Shown one piece after another: positions 1 through 8,266 of a stretch of 64,000 nucleotides of DNA. Position numbers and translations under genes: made by a program. Each line of letters begins with the position of its first letter. Position 1 is the stretch's first letter. The notes under the pieces are model-generated. The model did no database searches and had not been told where the DNA came from. It was given only the letters and a program-made list of their open reading frames with translations. Source of the stretch: Thermoplasmata archaeon (GTDB lineage: Archaea > Thermoplasmatota > SW-10-69-26 > JACQPN01 > JAJPHT01); contig JAXDQU010000050.1 in the NCBI GenBank assembly GCA_034667685.1, positions 1 through 64,000 of the forward strand, written 5' to 3'.

Positions 1-2
1 GT

Positions 3-341
3 GTAGCTCGCGTAGAGGACGCCGCTCGTCGCGTGGTCGGGCGCGAACGCCACGCTCAGGAGCCCCTGCTCGCCGCCCGACCGGACCTTCGCGGTGAGAT
101 CGAGAAGGGGCGCCGCGGCCTTGACGCCGTTGGAGAGCGCCCACACCTTGCCCGCCTGCTCCACGACGTAGAGCACGTCGGTGCCGTCGCGCGCGCTCAC
201 CAAGTCGACGGGCCGGTCGAACCCGCTGGCGACCTCGCGCAGCGCGAAGCTCCCCTTGGCGTCCTTCTCGGGCGGCGTCGTGCCATGCGACGAGCAGCCT
301 GATAGCAGAATGACGGCCGCGAGAAGCCATGCCTTAGCCAT
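3..341 (-). CDS. PQQ-dependent sugar dehydrogenase (GSDH/YliI-like beta-propeller) lipoprotein, 3' end beyond window
   Basis: Not in ORF track. Manual translation from ATG 341: MAKAWLLAAVILLSGC (lipobox)...VASGFDRPVDL...LYVVEQAGKV...GGEQGLLSVAFAPD; start overlaps the stop of 334..723. Confidence 0.85.
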   Translation of the reverse strand, partial: MAKAWLLAAVILLSGCSSHGTTPPEKDAKGSFALREVASGFDRPVDLVSARDGTDVLYVVEQAGKVWALSNGVKAAAPLLDLTAKVRSGGEQGLLSVAFAPDHATSGVLYASY

Positions 342-723
342 CGGTCCACGTCCAGCGGAGCGTGTCGCCATCGTGGAGCGCGTAGCGCGCGGCGCTGCGG
401 TCTCCCCCGGCGCCGTTCACGAAGAAGATCCAGCCCGACGCGCCGTGCGCCGCGTAGGGGCCGATGGCGCGGACGTAGACGCCCATGCCGGGGTAGTCGT
501 CGACCTGGAGCGGGAGATGCGTGGCGACGAGCGCGCCGTACGCGGTCGCGTTGGCGAGCGTCAGGGTCCCGTTGTAGAGCGGGCCGCCGGGGCCGACGAC
601 CTCGACGCGCACCGTCGCCTCGCCCGCGCGCGGCGCCGCGGCGGTCCACCAGGCCAGCGCTCCGGCCGCGCCCACGAGGAGCGCGAGGAGGGCGGCGGCG
701 AGGACGAGGCGCGCGCGGGCCAT
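334..723 (-). CDS. DUF4430 / transcobalamin-like domain protein, membrane-anchored
   Basis: N-terminal TM helix, then YPGMGVYVRAIG...SGWIFFVNG...AARYALHDGDTLRW, typical of DUF4430; ATG 723. Confidence 0.8.
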   Translation of the reverse strand: MARARLVLAAALLALLVGAAGALAWWTAAAPRAGEATVRVEVVGPGGPLYNGTLTLANATAYGALVATHLPLQVDDYPGMGVYVRAIGPYAAHGASGWIFFVNGAGGDRSAARYALHDGDTLRWTWTDG

Positions 724-725
724 GA

Positions 726-759
726 TCAACCCTGCTTGATGGACTTCAGGAAAGGTTGA
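726..759. promoter_or_regulatory. 34-bp dyad operator candidate 1, overlapping a BRE/TATA-like element of the 785 operon
   Basis: TCAACC-ctg-CTTGA-tggact-TCAGG-aaa-GGTTGA in the divergent intergenic gap; second copy with the same spacing at 6675-6708. Confidence 0.7.
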
Positions 760-784
760 AGGGCCAAAAACCCTTGGTCGCGCG

Positions 785-1582
785 ATGCTGAAGCTGCGCG
801 ACAAGGCGGGCGTCACGCGCGTGCTGATCCTCGCCGAGCTGGAGCGCGAGCCGGGCATCACGCTCTCGGAGGTCGCGCAGCGCCTCGACGTGACGGTGCA
901 GGCCGTCTCCGCCTACGCCAAGGACCTCGTCGCGGAGGGGGCGATCGACGCCGAGCACGCGCTGACGCCCGCGGGGCGCGCCTCGCTCCACGAAGGGGTC
1001 CGCCAGCTCCGCGCCGCGCTCGACGCGCTCGCCACGCCGCTCGCCGTCATCCGCGTGACCAGCGCCGTCGCCGCGACGCGCATCAAGGCCGGCGAGCGCG
1101 TGGGGCTCGTCATGCAGGAGGGCGACCTCGCCGCCAAGGCCCGCCTGCGCGCGCCCAGCACCGGCCGCGCGCTGCGCGACGCCGAGCCGGGCGAGGAGGT
1201 CGTCGTGGGCGACCTCGCGGGGCTCGTGGAGCTGGCGCCGGGCCGGCTGCACGTCGTCGCGGTGCCCGGGCCCGCCGAGGGCGGCGTCGCGCGCGTGGAC
1301 CAGCCGCGCCTGCGCGCCGCGCTCAAGGACATGCCGCGCCCCGAGAAGGTGGGCGCCGTCGGCACCGGCGCGCGCATCCTCGCGAAGCGCCTGGGCGACG
1401 TCCACTTCGAGTTCGCCGCCGAGAGCGCCGCGTTCAACGCCGCCGAGCGCGGCCTCCCGGCGCGCCTCTTCGTCTCGCGCGACCGGCTCGCCGACGTCAT
1501 GCAGGCGCTCCAGGAGAAGAACGAAGGGACGCTCAAGCGCGTGCCCATCGACATGATGGACGCGCCGGAGCTTCCGGCATGA
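785..1582 (+). CDS. MarR-like winged-helix transcriptional regulator (archaeal COG1497-like)
   Basis: ITLSEVAQRLDVTVQAVSAYAKDL HTH, LTPAGR wing, AVAATRIKAGERVGLVMQEG middle segment, FEFAAESAAFNAAERGL C-terminus. Confidence 0.8.
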   Translation: MLKLRDKAGVTRVLILAELEREPGITLSEVAQRLDVTVQAVSAYAKDLVAEGAIDAEHALTPAGRASLHEGVRQLRAALDALATPLAVIRVTSAVAATRIKAGERVGLVMQEGDLAAKARLRAPSTGRALRDAEPGEEVVVGDLAGLVELAPGRLHVVAVPGPAEGGVARVDQPRLRAALKDMPRPEKVGAVGTGARILAKRLGDVHFEFAAESAAFNAAERGLPARLFVSRDRLADVMQALQEKNEGTLKRVPIDMMDAPELPA

Positions 1583-2649
1583 TCGCCTCGGCGCGGGGCG
1601 CGATCGACCTCGACGTCGCGCAGGGCGAGGTCGTGCTGCTGCGCGGGCCCAACGGCAGCGGCAAGACGAGCTTGCTGCGCGCGCTGGCCGGCCTGGAGAA
1701 CCCGCTTGACATCACCGCCACCGCACCGCGCGTCGGGCTCTCGCCGCAGGACGCGCGCGACGCGCTGGCCGGGCTGACGGTGGGCGGGGAGTTCCGCCTG
1801 CGGTCGCGGCGCGCGCCGGACGCGCTCGATCCATTCGCCGACCGCGAGAGCGCCCTGTTGTCGTCGGGCGAGTCGCGCCGCGTCGCCCTCGCGCTGGCCG
1901 ACGGCGCTCCGCTCCTGCTCTTGGATGAGCCCGCCGAGGGGCTCGATCCCGAGGGGCGGGCGCGGCTGCGTGAGCTTGTCCGCGAGGCGCAGCGCCGCGG
2001 CGCGGTCGTCGCGGCCGACCACGGCGAGGCGCTCGCCGACCTCGCGACGCGCGTCGTCATGCTGTGCGACGTGACGGCCGCCGCGCTCCCGCCCATCCCC
2101 CGCGCGCAGGGCCCGATCCGCCTCGACGCGCCGCCGCTGCGCGAGCGCGGCCTCGCGCTCCCCGCGCTGCGGCTGGGTCCCGGCTTCCACGCGCTGCGCG
2201 GCCCGAACGGCAGCGGCAAGAGCACGCTGCTGCTCGCGGCCGCGCGGGCCACCGGGGCGCGCCTCCTGCTTCCGCACGCGCGCGACATGCTGCTGCGCGA
2301 GTCCGTGGAGGAGGAGCTTCGCGGCTGCGCCGAGGCAAGGGCCTCGGCAAGCCGCCTGCAGACAGGCGGTTGCGCCGAGGACGCGCGATCCCTCGTGCCC
2401 GACGCGCTCCTGGGGCGCCACCCGATCGCGCTCTCGGGAGGCGAGGCGCAGCGCGTCGCGCTCGCCAAGGTCCTGGGCAGGGATGCGAGCTGTTACCTGC
2501 TCGACGAGCCCGAAGCGCACCTGGACGTCGCGGGGCGCGTCGCGCTCGCGCGCCTGATCGCCGCCCGCGTCGAGGCCGGCGCGTGCGTGCTCGCCGCGAC
2601 CCACGACGAGGCGCTGGCCGCGCTCGCGCAGTCGGAGGTGCGGCTCTGA
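1579..2649 (+). CDS. ECF-type ABC ATPase with two fused, compact nucleotide-binding domains
   Basis: Two Walker A (GPNGSGKT/S), two signatures (LSSGE, LSGGE), two Walker B (LLDEP); ATGA overlap with the regulator. Confidence 0.88.
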   Translation: MIASARGAIDLDVAQGEVVLLRGPNGSGKTSLLRALAGLENPLDITATAPRVGLSPQDARDALAGLTVGGEFRLRSRRAPDALDPFADRESALLSSGESRRVALALADGAPLLLLDEPAEGLDPEGRARLRELVREAQRRGAVVAADHGEALADLATRVVMLCDVTAAALPPIPRAQGPIRLDAPPLRERGLALPALRLGPGFHALRGPNGSGKSTLLLAAARATGARLLLPHARDMLLRESVEEELRGCAEARASASRLQTGGCAEDARSLVPDALLGRHPIALSGGEAQRVALAKVLGRDASCYLLDEPEAHLDVAGRVALARLIAARVEAGACVLAATHDEALAALAQSEVRL

Positions 2650-3830
2650 GGCGCGCGGACGCCGTCGCGGCCGTGGGCGCGCTGGCGGGCGCGACGCTCG
2701 CAGCCTTGCTCTGCCCGTGGCCCGTCGCCGCCGCGCTGCTGGCCGCCGCGCTCGCCGCCGGCCCGCAGCGGAGGCTCCTCGCGCTCTTCGCCGCGCCTGC
2801 GCTCGTCGTCAACGCCCTCGTCGTCGCGCTCGTGGGCGGAAGCTGGGCGGAGGGCGCGATCGGCGGCCTGCGCCTCGCCGCCGCGGTGGGCGTCAACCTC
2901 GCGCTCCTGGGCCGCGTGGGCGCCGCGCGCCTCGCCGAGGGGCTGCGCCTCCCGCCGCGCGCGACCGCCTGGGCCGCCGCGATCCTGCTCGCCGCCCATG
3001 ATATCAAATCCGACTTCGAGCGGCTTCGCCTCGCGCGCGAGCTGGAGGGGGGCTGGCCCCGCGGCCGCCTCGCCCGCGCGCGCGAGGCCGCGCGTCTCCT
3101 GCCCGCGCTGACGGTCGCCGCGCACCGGCGCGCGCAGGCCCGCCGCGATGCGCTCCAGCTCGCGGGCCACGCCATGCCCGCGTGGTTCGTGCCCGTGGTC
3201 GCCGTCGCCGCGCTGGGCGCCGCGGGCCGGCTCGCCTTCCTCGCGCTGCCCAACGTCGCGCTGACCTACGCGGTCGTCTTCCTGGGCGGCGTCCTCTGGG
3301 GCTCCGCGGCCGGCGCGCTGGGCGGCGCGCTCGCCATGCTCGTCACGGACCTCATGCTCACGGGCTTCTACCCGCCCGGCTTCGTGAACGTCCCCGCGAT
3401 GGCGCTGCTCGGGCTCGGAGGCGCCGCGATGCGCCGTGTCGACTGGACGGGCCCCGCGGGCGCGATGCTCGCCGCGTCCACCGGCATCGTGGCGACGTTC
3501 GCATTCAGCGCCGCCTCCGACGTCGCCACGTGGGCGCTCTTCCTGCGCACCGGCGGCCCGAGCCTCGCGGCGCTCGTCGCGCTCGGCCTTGCGTTCAATG
3601 CCATTCCGGCGCTCGCGAACGGCGCCCTCTTCGCGCTCAGCGTCGGCCCCTGCGTGCGCGCGCACGAAGCGCTGCGGCGATCGGCGCCGCGGCCACGAGC
3701 GCCCACAAGCCCAAGGGCGTCTCCCGGCGCGCGCTCTCCTGGGGGATCAGGCTCGGCGTCCGAGGCAGCGGGGTCGACGACGGCGTCGGAGCCGGGGCCG
3801 GAGCCTGCGGCGGCGGCGCCTGGATCGTGA
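2646..3830 (+). CDS. ECF transporter EcfT-S component fusion (CbrT-like, putative cobalamin)
   Basis: Hydrophobic N-half with EcfT-like coupling helices (ARELEG, RRAQARRDALQLAG); C-half GRLAFLALPNVALTYAVVFLGG resembles an ECF S component. Start uncertain: CTG 2646 (CTGA overlap) or GTG 2673. Confidence 0.7.
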   Translation: MRRADAVAAVGALAGATLAALLCPWPVAAALLAAALAAGPQRRLLALFAAPALVVNALVVALVGGSWAEGAIGGLRLAAAVGVNLALLGRVGAARLAEGLRLPPRATAWAAAILLAAHDIKSDFERLRLARELEGGWPRGRLARAREAARLLPALTVAAHRRAQARRDALQLAGHAMPAWFVPVVAVAALGAAGRLAFLALPNVALTYAVVFLGGVLWGSAAGALGGALAMLVTDLMLTGFYPPGFVNVPAMALLGLGGAAMRRVDWTGPAGAMLAASTGIVATFAFSAASDVATWALFLRTGGPSLAALVALGLAFNAIPALANGALFALSVGPCVRAHEALRRSAPRPRAPTSPRASPGARSPGGSGSASEAAGSTTASEPGPEPAAAAPGS

Positions 3831-6186
3831 GCTTGGCGTTCGCGCTCGACGTGCGCCCGTCGTCCGCGCGCGCCTCGACGCGCACCGCGTAGTCGCCGGG
3901 GCGGGCCCACGCGTGCGCGATGCGCGTCTCGCTCAGCCAACCTGAGAGGGTTCCGTCCCCGAAGTCCACCTGCCACGCGGTCGCGTTCGCGGGTGGCGTG
4001 ACGACCACGAGCCCCGGATCGAGGCGGAGGCCGGGTGCCACGAGCGGATCGGGCGGCCGCGGCGCGACGCGCAACGGGCCCGCGTGCTGCGAGGCCGCGA
4101 GGCCGCCCACGCGCGCGACGAGGTCGAGGTCGACGACCGTCGCGTCGGGCATCGGGATCGTGGCGCGCCCCGCGACGAGCGGCGTCTCGCCCTCGCCGAC
4201 GTCGCTGCGCCAGCGCACCGTCGCGTTGGCGTCGGCGGGCGCGATCTGCGCGCGGACCACGAGCGTGCCGTTCGCGAGCGATGCGTCGAGCGCGCGGATC
4301 GCGGGCGGCGCGGGAGCGGGCGGAGCGTCCCGCGCGGCGACGACGAGCGAGGAGGTCGCGCGCGCCTCCGCGCCCTCGGCGTCCCGCGCCACGACGGTGA
4401 TATCATACGCGCCCGCCGGCAGCGCGAGCGTGCCGTTCGCGCCCTCGACCGTGCGACCACCGAACGTCCACGTCACGCCCGGCGCGGGGCCGTCGGCGTC
4501 CGTCGCCTCGACGGAGAAGGCGAACGGCTGCGCCTCGGTCGCGGCGGCGGGCAGCGTGAGGTTCGCCAGCGTGGGTGCCAGGTCGGCCACCTCGACGGAG
4601 ACGTTCGCGTCGGCTTCCTGGCCCCAGGCATCGCGCGCGGCGAGCCGGAGCGTGAAGTTGCCCAGCGCCCAGGGGCGGACGCGCGGCGCGCCCCAGCCGG
4701 AGGCGTTGGCGAGCGACCAGCTCAACGTCACGGCGTCTCCCTCGGGGTCCGAGGCGGCGGGGTCGAGCGTGATATCATGGGCGCGGTCGGCGAGGATGCG
4801 CGCGGGCAGCGCGCCGAAGGCCGGGGGCTGGTCGCGCACGCGCACGGCGAAGGGGAGCGCGTCGCTCCACGCGCCTTCGTCGTCCTGGACGCGCAGCGCG
4901 CCCGCGTGGTCGCCGGGGCGCTCGTAGGCGTGCGTGGGGCTCGGCTGCGTCGAGTCGGTCGCGTTGCCGTCGCCCCAGTCCACGCGCCAGAGCGCGACGC
5001 GCCCGTCCGGGTCGCGCGAGGCCGAGGCGTCCAGCGCCACGGGCTGGCGGCGCAGCGCGGCGAGGTCCGCGGACGCGAGCGCGGCGAACGGGCGCGCGGT
5101 GAGGACGTGCAGGATCTCGCGCAGGCGGCACGCGACGCCCGCGCCGGTCGCGTCGAGCGCGAGCGGGACGTCGCCCTTCTGCGGCAACGTGAACGTCGCG
5201 TAGAGCCCCGTCGCGTCCTGGCCGCCGACGTGCCACGTCGCGGCGCCGAAGCCCGCGGGGACGCGCAGGGTCACGGGGTCGAGCGCGTGGATCTCGCCCG
5301 CGGCGGGCTGGCACGATCGATAGCTCGGCGGGCCGGCGGCGGGCTCCGCGAGGAAGGCCACGCTCTCGGCGGTGCACCAGCCGTCGGCGCCAAGCTCGCC
5401 CGAGGCGTCCTGCCGGGCCAGGAGCCAGGGCAGGTCGTCCGAGGGGGGCGGGATGCCCAGCGCTTCGTAGCCGCGCAGCGCCCAGACCGTGCTCTGGCAG
5501 TTGGGCGAGGGCGAGAGCGAGACGCCCGCGCCGTGGCCGCCCCCCTGGGCGTGCGTCCGGTTGAGGTAGAGCGAGGCGCGCAGGTCGCCCGCCACGTCCG
5601 CGCCCGCAAGGCGCAGCGCGAGGAGGGCCGCGCCGGTGTCGTCGGCGTCGCTCGTCGCGGCGCGGGGGACGTTGGACCAGCCGCCGTCCGCGTCCCGGCC
5701 CGCGAGCAGGAACGACGCCGCGGCCTGGACCTGCGGGTCGCTCGCGGGCACGCCGGCCGCGCGAAGGCCGAGGATCGCCCACGCGTCGTCGTTGACGTAC
5801 GCCGGGTCGCCGTACTGCCCGCCGGTGAAGTTGGCCTGGATCTGCGCGACGAGGTCGCCCCAGGGCGAGGCGCGCGGGTCGAGGCCGTCCATCCCCAGCG
5901 CGTGCGCGAGGCGCTCGTCGCCGTAGAGCCCGCCGCTGGCGTACTGGTAGGGGTGCAGGTCGGCGAGGATGGGCGTCGCGTCGTCGGGCCACGCGCGGAG
6001 GTCCTGCCCGGCCTCCGCCGCTGCCTCGGCCGCGTAGACGGGGTTGTAGCCGCCATAGGTGCCGTCGGCCGCGCGCGCGTGGGCGAGCCAGGCCAGGCCC
6101 CGCTGCGCCACGTCGCCGCGCGCATCCGCGTGGACGGGGGGCGCCAGCAGGGCGAGGAGCAGCACGGCCAGGCACGCGCGCCGCAG
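3637..6186 (-). CDS. Cell-surface protein with prenyltransferase/squalene-oxidase (alpha/alpha toroid) repeats, PKD domains and a C-terminal sorting signal
   Basis: Signal peptide; NDDAWAILGL, DADGGWS...DADDTGAALLAL repeats; PKD motifs LDASASRDPDG-WRVDWGDG and VDFGDGT; C-terminal TPLG-TM-RRGRR. Start GTG 6165 or CTG 6186. Confidence 0.8.
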   Translation of the reverse strand: MRRACLAVLLLALLAPPVHADARGDVAQRGLAWLAHARAADGTYGGYNPVYAAEAAAEAGQDLRAWPDDATPILADLHPYQYASGGLYGDERLAHALGMDGLDPRASPWGDLVAQIQANFTGGQYGDPAYVNDDAWAILGLRAAGVPASDPQVQAAASFLLAGRDADGGWSNVPRAATSDADDTGAALLALRLAGADVAGDLRASLYLNRTHAQGGGHGAGVSLSPSPNCQSTVWALRGYEALGIPPPSDDLPWLLARQDASGELGADGWCTAESVAFLAEPAAGPPSYRSCQPAAGEIHALDPVTLRVPAGFGAATWHVGGQDATGLYATFTLPQKGDVPLALDATGAGVACRLREILHVLTARPFAALASADLAALRRQPVALDASASRDPDGRVALWRVDWGDGNATDSTQPSPTHAYERPGDHAGALRVQDDEGAWSDALPFAVRVRDQPPAFGALPARILADRAHDITLDPAASDPEGDAVTLSWSLANASGWGAPRVRPWALGNFTLRLAARDAWGQEADANVSVEVADLAPTLANLTLPAAATEAQPFAFSVEATDADGPAPGVTWTFGGRTVEGANGTLALPAGAYDITVVARDAEGAEARATSSLVVAARDAPPAPAPPAIRALDASLANGTLVVRAQIAPADANATVRWRSDVGEGETPLVAGRATIPMPDATVVDLDLVARVGGLAASQHAGPLRVAPRPPDPLVAPGLRLDPGLVVVTPPANATAWQVDFGDGTLSGWLSETRIAHAWARPGDYAVRVEARADDGRTSSANAKLTIQAPPPQAPAPAPTPSSTPLPRTPSLIPQESARRETPLGLWALVAAAPIAAALRARARRGRR

Positions 6187-6195
6187 CGGACCACC

Positions 6196-6639
6196 TCAGG
6201 GGAGCCCGAGGAAGGGGGCGAACCAGTCGCCGTAGGTGAGCTGCGCGTCGTCGCCCGCGTGGACGAACGTCGCGTCGACACCCTTGTCGGCCAGCGCGCC
6301 ATCGAAGTAGAACGCCCAGAACGTGCCCTCCAGGCCGAGGCCGGGGTCCTGGCCACAGACGTTGGCGAGCGTCTCGATGCACTGCACGAAGCGGTCAGGG
6401 TGGTCGGGCGTGCCGTAGTCGACGGCCGCCCACGACTGGATGCAGCCCGCGGCGACGGCGGCGTCGAGCACGGCGGCGACGGACGCGCCGTCGGGCACCT
6501 GGACCGCGCACGTCGCCGCGGAGGGAACGAGGTGGTAGCCGTAGGTCACGTCGAGCGTCACGGTGACGTCGGTGGCGGAGGCGGCGGGGAGGGTGGACGC
6601 GAGCGCGAGCAGCGCCGCGGCGAGGGTCAGGAGCTTCAT
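6196..6639 (-). CDS. Secreted DUF4430-like protein
   Basis: Signal peptide; RFVQCIE...FWAFYFDG...GVDATFVHAGDD pattern. Confidence 0.65.
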   Translation of the reverse strand: MKLLTLAAALLALASTLPAASATDVTVTLDVTYGYHLVPSAATCAVQVPDGASVAAVLDAAVAAGCIQSWAAVDYGTPDHPDRFVQCIETLANVCGQDPGLGLEGTFWAFYFDGALADKGVDATFVHAGDDAQLTYGDWFAPFLGLP

Positions 6640-6674
6640 GGACGAGCCTCGCGTCCGCGATTCGCGACGGGGGC

Positions 6675-6708
6675 TTAACCTTTCTTGAGGTGGGTCAAGT
6701 TGGGTTGA
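6675..6708. promoter_or_regulatory. 34-bp dyad operator candidate 2, overlapping BRE/TATA (GAAAGGTTAAG on minus strand) of the 6639 operon
   Basis: TTAACC-ttt-CTTGA-ggtggg-TCAAG-ttg-GGTTGA; same architecture as 726-759. Confidence 0.7.
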
Positions 6709-6710
6709 AT

Positions 6711-6780
6711 GGGCTCGGGGCTCTGGACTCGGGGCTCAGGGCCCCGGAGCCTTGAGCCCCGAGTCCAGAGCCCGGAGCCC
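6711..6780. repeat. About 32-bp inverted repeat built of 7-mer units (GGGGCTC/TGGACTC)
   Basis: gggctcggggctctggactcggggctcagggc ... gccttgagccccgagtccagagcccggagccc. Confidence 0.85.
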
Positions 6781-6820
6781 TGCAAACGGTGAAATACCGG
6801 CGGGCCGACTCGGCGAGCGC

Positions 6821-7993
6821 ATGCGTGAGGAGCTTCGCCACGTCCTGCACAAGCAGGGCTACGGCACGGTGGGAGAGCACGTGGGCGTCAAGCTCTGCCA
6901 CTGGACGAAGGAGGACCTCAAGGGCGACCGCCATTGCTACAAGGGCGACTTCTACGGCATCGAGTCGCGCGGCTGCATGCAGATGACGCCCATCGTGGAC
7001 TACTGCAACTTCACGTGCCTCTACTGCTGGCGCTCGCAGAGCTTCGACCTTGATATCAACTCGCCTGGCTACAAGTGGGACGAGCCGCAGGCGATCCTCG
7101 ATGGCGCGATCTCGGAGCAGCGCCGCCTCCTCTCGGGCTACAAGGGGCACCCCACGACGCCCGAGTCGAAGTGGGTCGAGAGCCAGATGCCCAAGCACGT
7201 CGCCATCTCGCTCAACGGCGAGCCGACCTTCTACCCGCACCTGGGCGAGTTCATCCGCCTCTGCCACCGCCGCGGCATGACGACGTTCCTCGTGACCAAT
7301 GGCAGCCGGCCCGACCTGCTCGCCAAGCTCGACCCGCTGCCCACGCAGCTCTACGTCTCCGTGGACGCGCCCAACGAGGACGTGTTCAACAAGCTCTGCG
7401 TGCCCATCGGCGGGGGCGCGTGGGACAAGCTCGAAGAGACGATCGACCTCCTGCCTTCGCTCGACTGCCGCAAGGTCAGCCGCCACACGCTCGTGAAGGG
7501 GTGGAACATGGAGGCCGACAAGGGGCACGTCGAGCAGTACGCCAAGCTCGACGAGCGCGCCGGCGCCCACTTCGTCGAATCGAAGGGCTACGTCTTCGTC
7601 GGCTACAGCCGCGAGCGCATGACCATCGACAACATGCCCTCGATGGCCGACGTGCAGGGCTTCACCGACCGCCTCGCGCCGCTCATCGGCTACGAGCAGC
7701 AGGGCGCGCGCAGCGAGAGCCGCGTCACGCTGCTGGTCAAGCCGGGCGTCAGCCGCATGCTCGACCTCGAGGCGTGGGAGCGCGACCACAAGGTCGAGGA
7801 CCACCCGCCCGTCGCGCTCAAGGACGGCACGCGCATCGTCGATAGCAACTGGGAGCTCGTCAACCGCAAGCTCGCGGCCATGCGCGCGACCGGCCACTCC
7901 GAGGGCGACTGCGCCTGCGGCCACCCGCACGAGGCGCACGCGGTGCCGGCGCCCAAGGCGGAGCGCGTGCCCAACGTACGTCTCGGCAAGTGA
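6821..7993 (+). CDS. taw1: 4-demethylwyosine synthase (radical SAM, archaeal TYW1/Taw1)
   Basis: VKLCHWTK, CYKGDFYGIESRGCMQMTP, CNFTCLYCWR (CxxxCxxC), HVAISLNGEPT, FVESKGYVFVGYSR; ATG 6821. Confidence 0.95.
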   Translation: MREELRHVLHKQGYGTVGEHVGVKLCHWTKEDLKGDRHCYKGDFYGIESRGCMQMTPIVDYCNFTCLYCWRSQSFDLDINSPGYKWDEPQAILDGAISEQRRLLSGYKGHPTTPESKWVESQMPKHVAISLNGEPTFYPHLGEFIRLCHRRGMTTFLVTNGSRPDLLAKLDPLPTQLYVSVDAPNEDVFNKLCVPIGGGAWDKLEETIDLLPSLDCRKVSRHTLVKGWNMEADKGHVEQYAKLDERAGAHFVESKGYVFVGYSRERMTIDNMPSMADVQGFTDRLAPLIGYEQQGARSESRVTLLVKPGVSRMLDLEAWERDHKVEDHPPVALKDGTRIVDSNWELVNRKLAAMRATGHSEGDCACGHPHEAHAVPAPKAERVPNVRLGK

Positions 7994-8029
7994 GCTAGCT
8001 TCTTGCTCCGTGCGGGGGCTCGGGGTCGC

Positions 8030-8266
8030 ATGGACGAGACGCCACGCTGGCCGCTCCCCCTCGCCGCCGTGGGCGTGCTCCTCATGACGTTCGCGGGCAT
8101 CGACGCCTTCTGGCAGCTCTTCGTCAACACGGACCCCACCGTGCCCGCGGGCGCGGCATGGAGCGGCGTCTGGCTGACCACGCGCCTCGTCCTGGGTGGG
8201 CTGGGCGGCGCGCTGATCCTCGTCGCGGCCGGCATGCTCTACGCGACGCGCGAGGCGCCGGCGTGA
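8030..8266 (+). CDS. Small two-TM membrane protein
   Basis: ATG 8030, two hydrophobic helices, GTGA coupling to the next gene. Confidence 0.7.
   Translation: MDETPRWPLPLAAVGVLLMTFAGIDAFWQLFVNTDPTVPAGAAWSGVWLTTRLVLGGLGGALILVAAGMLYATREAPA

Noticed and set aside
6640-6820. Cobalamin riboswitch expected upstream of the B12 genes
   Set aside because: No B12-box or conserved core visible; the space is taken by the promoter, the dyad and the repeat hairpin
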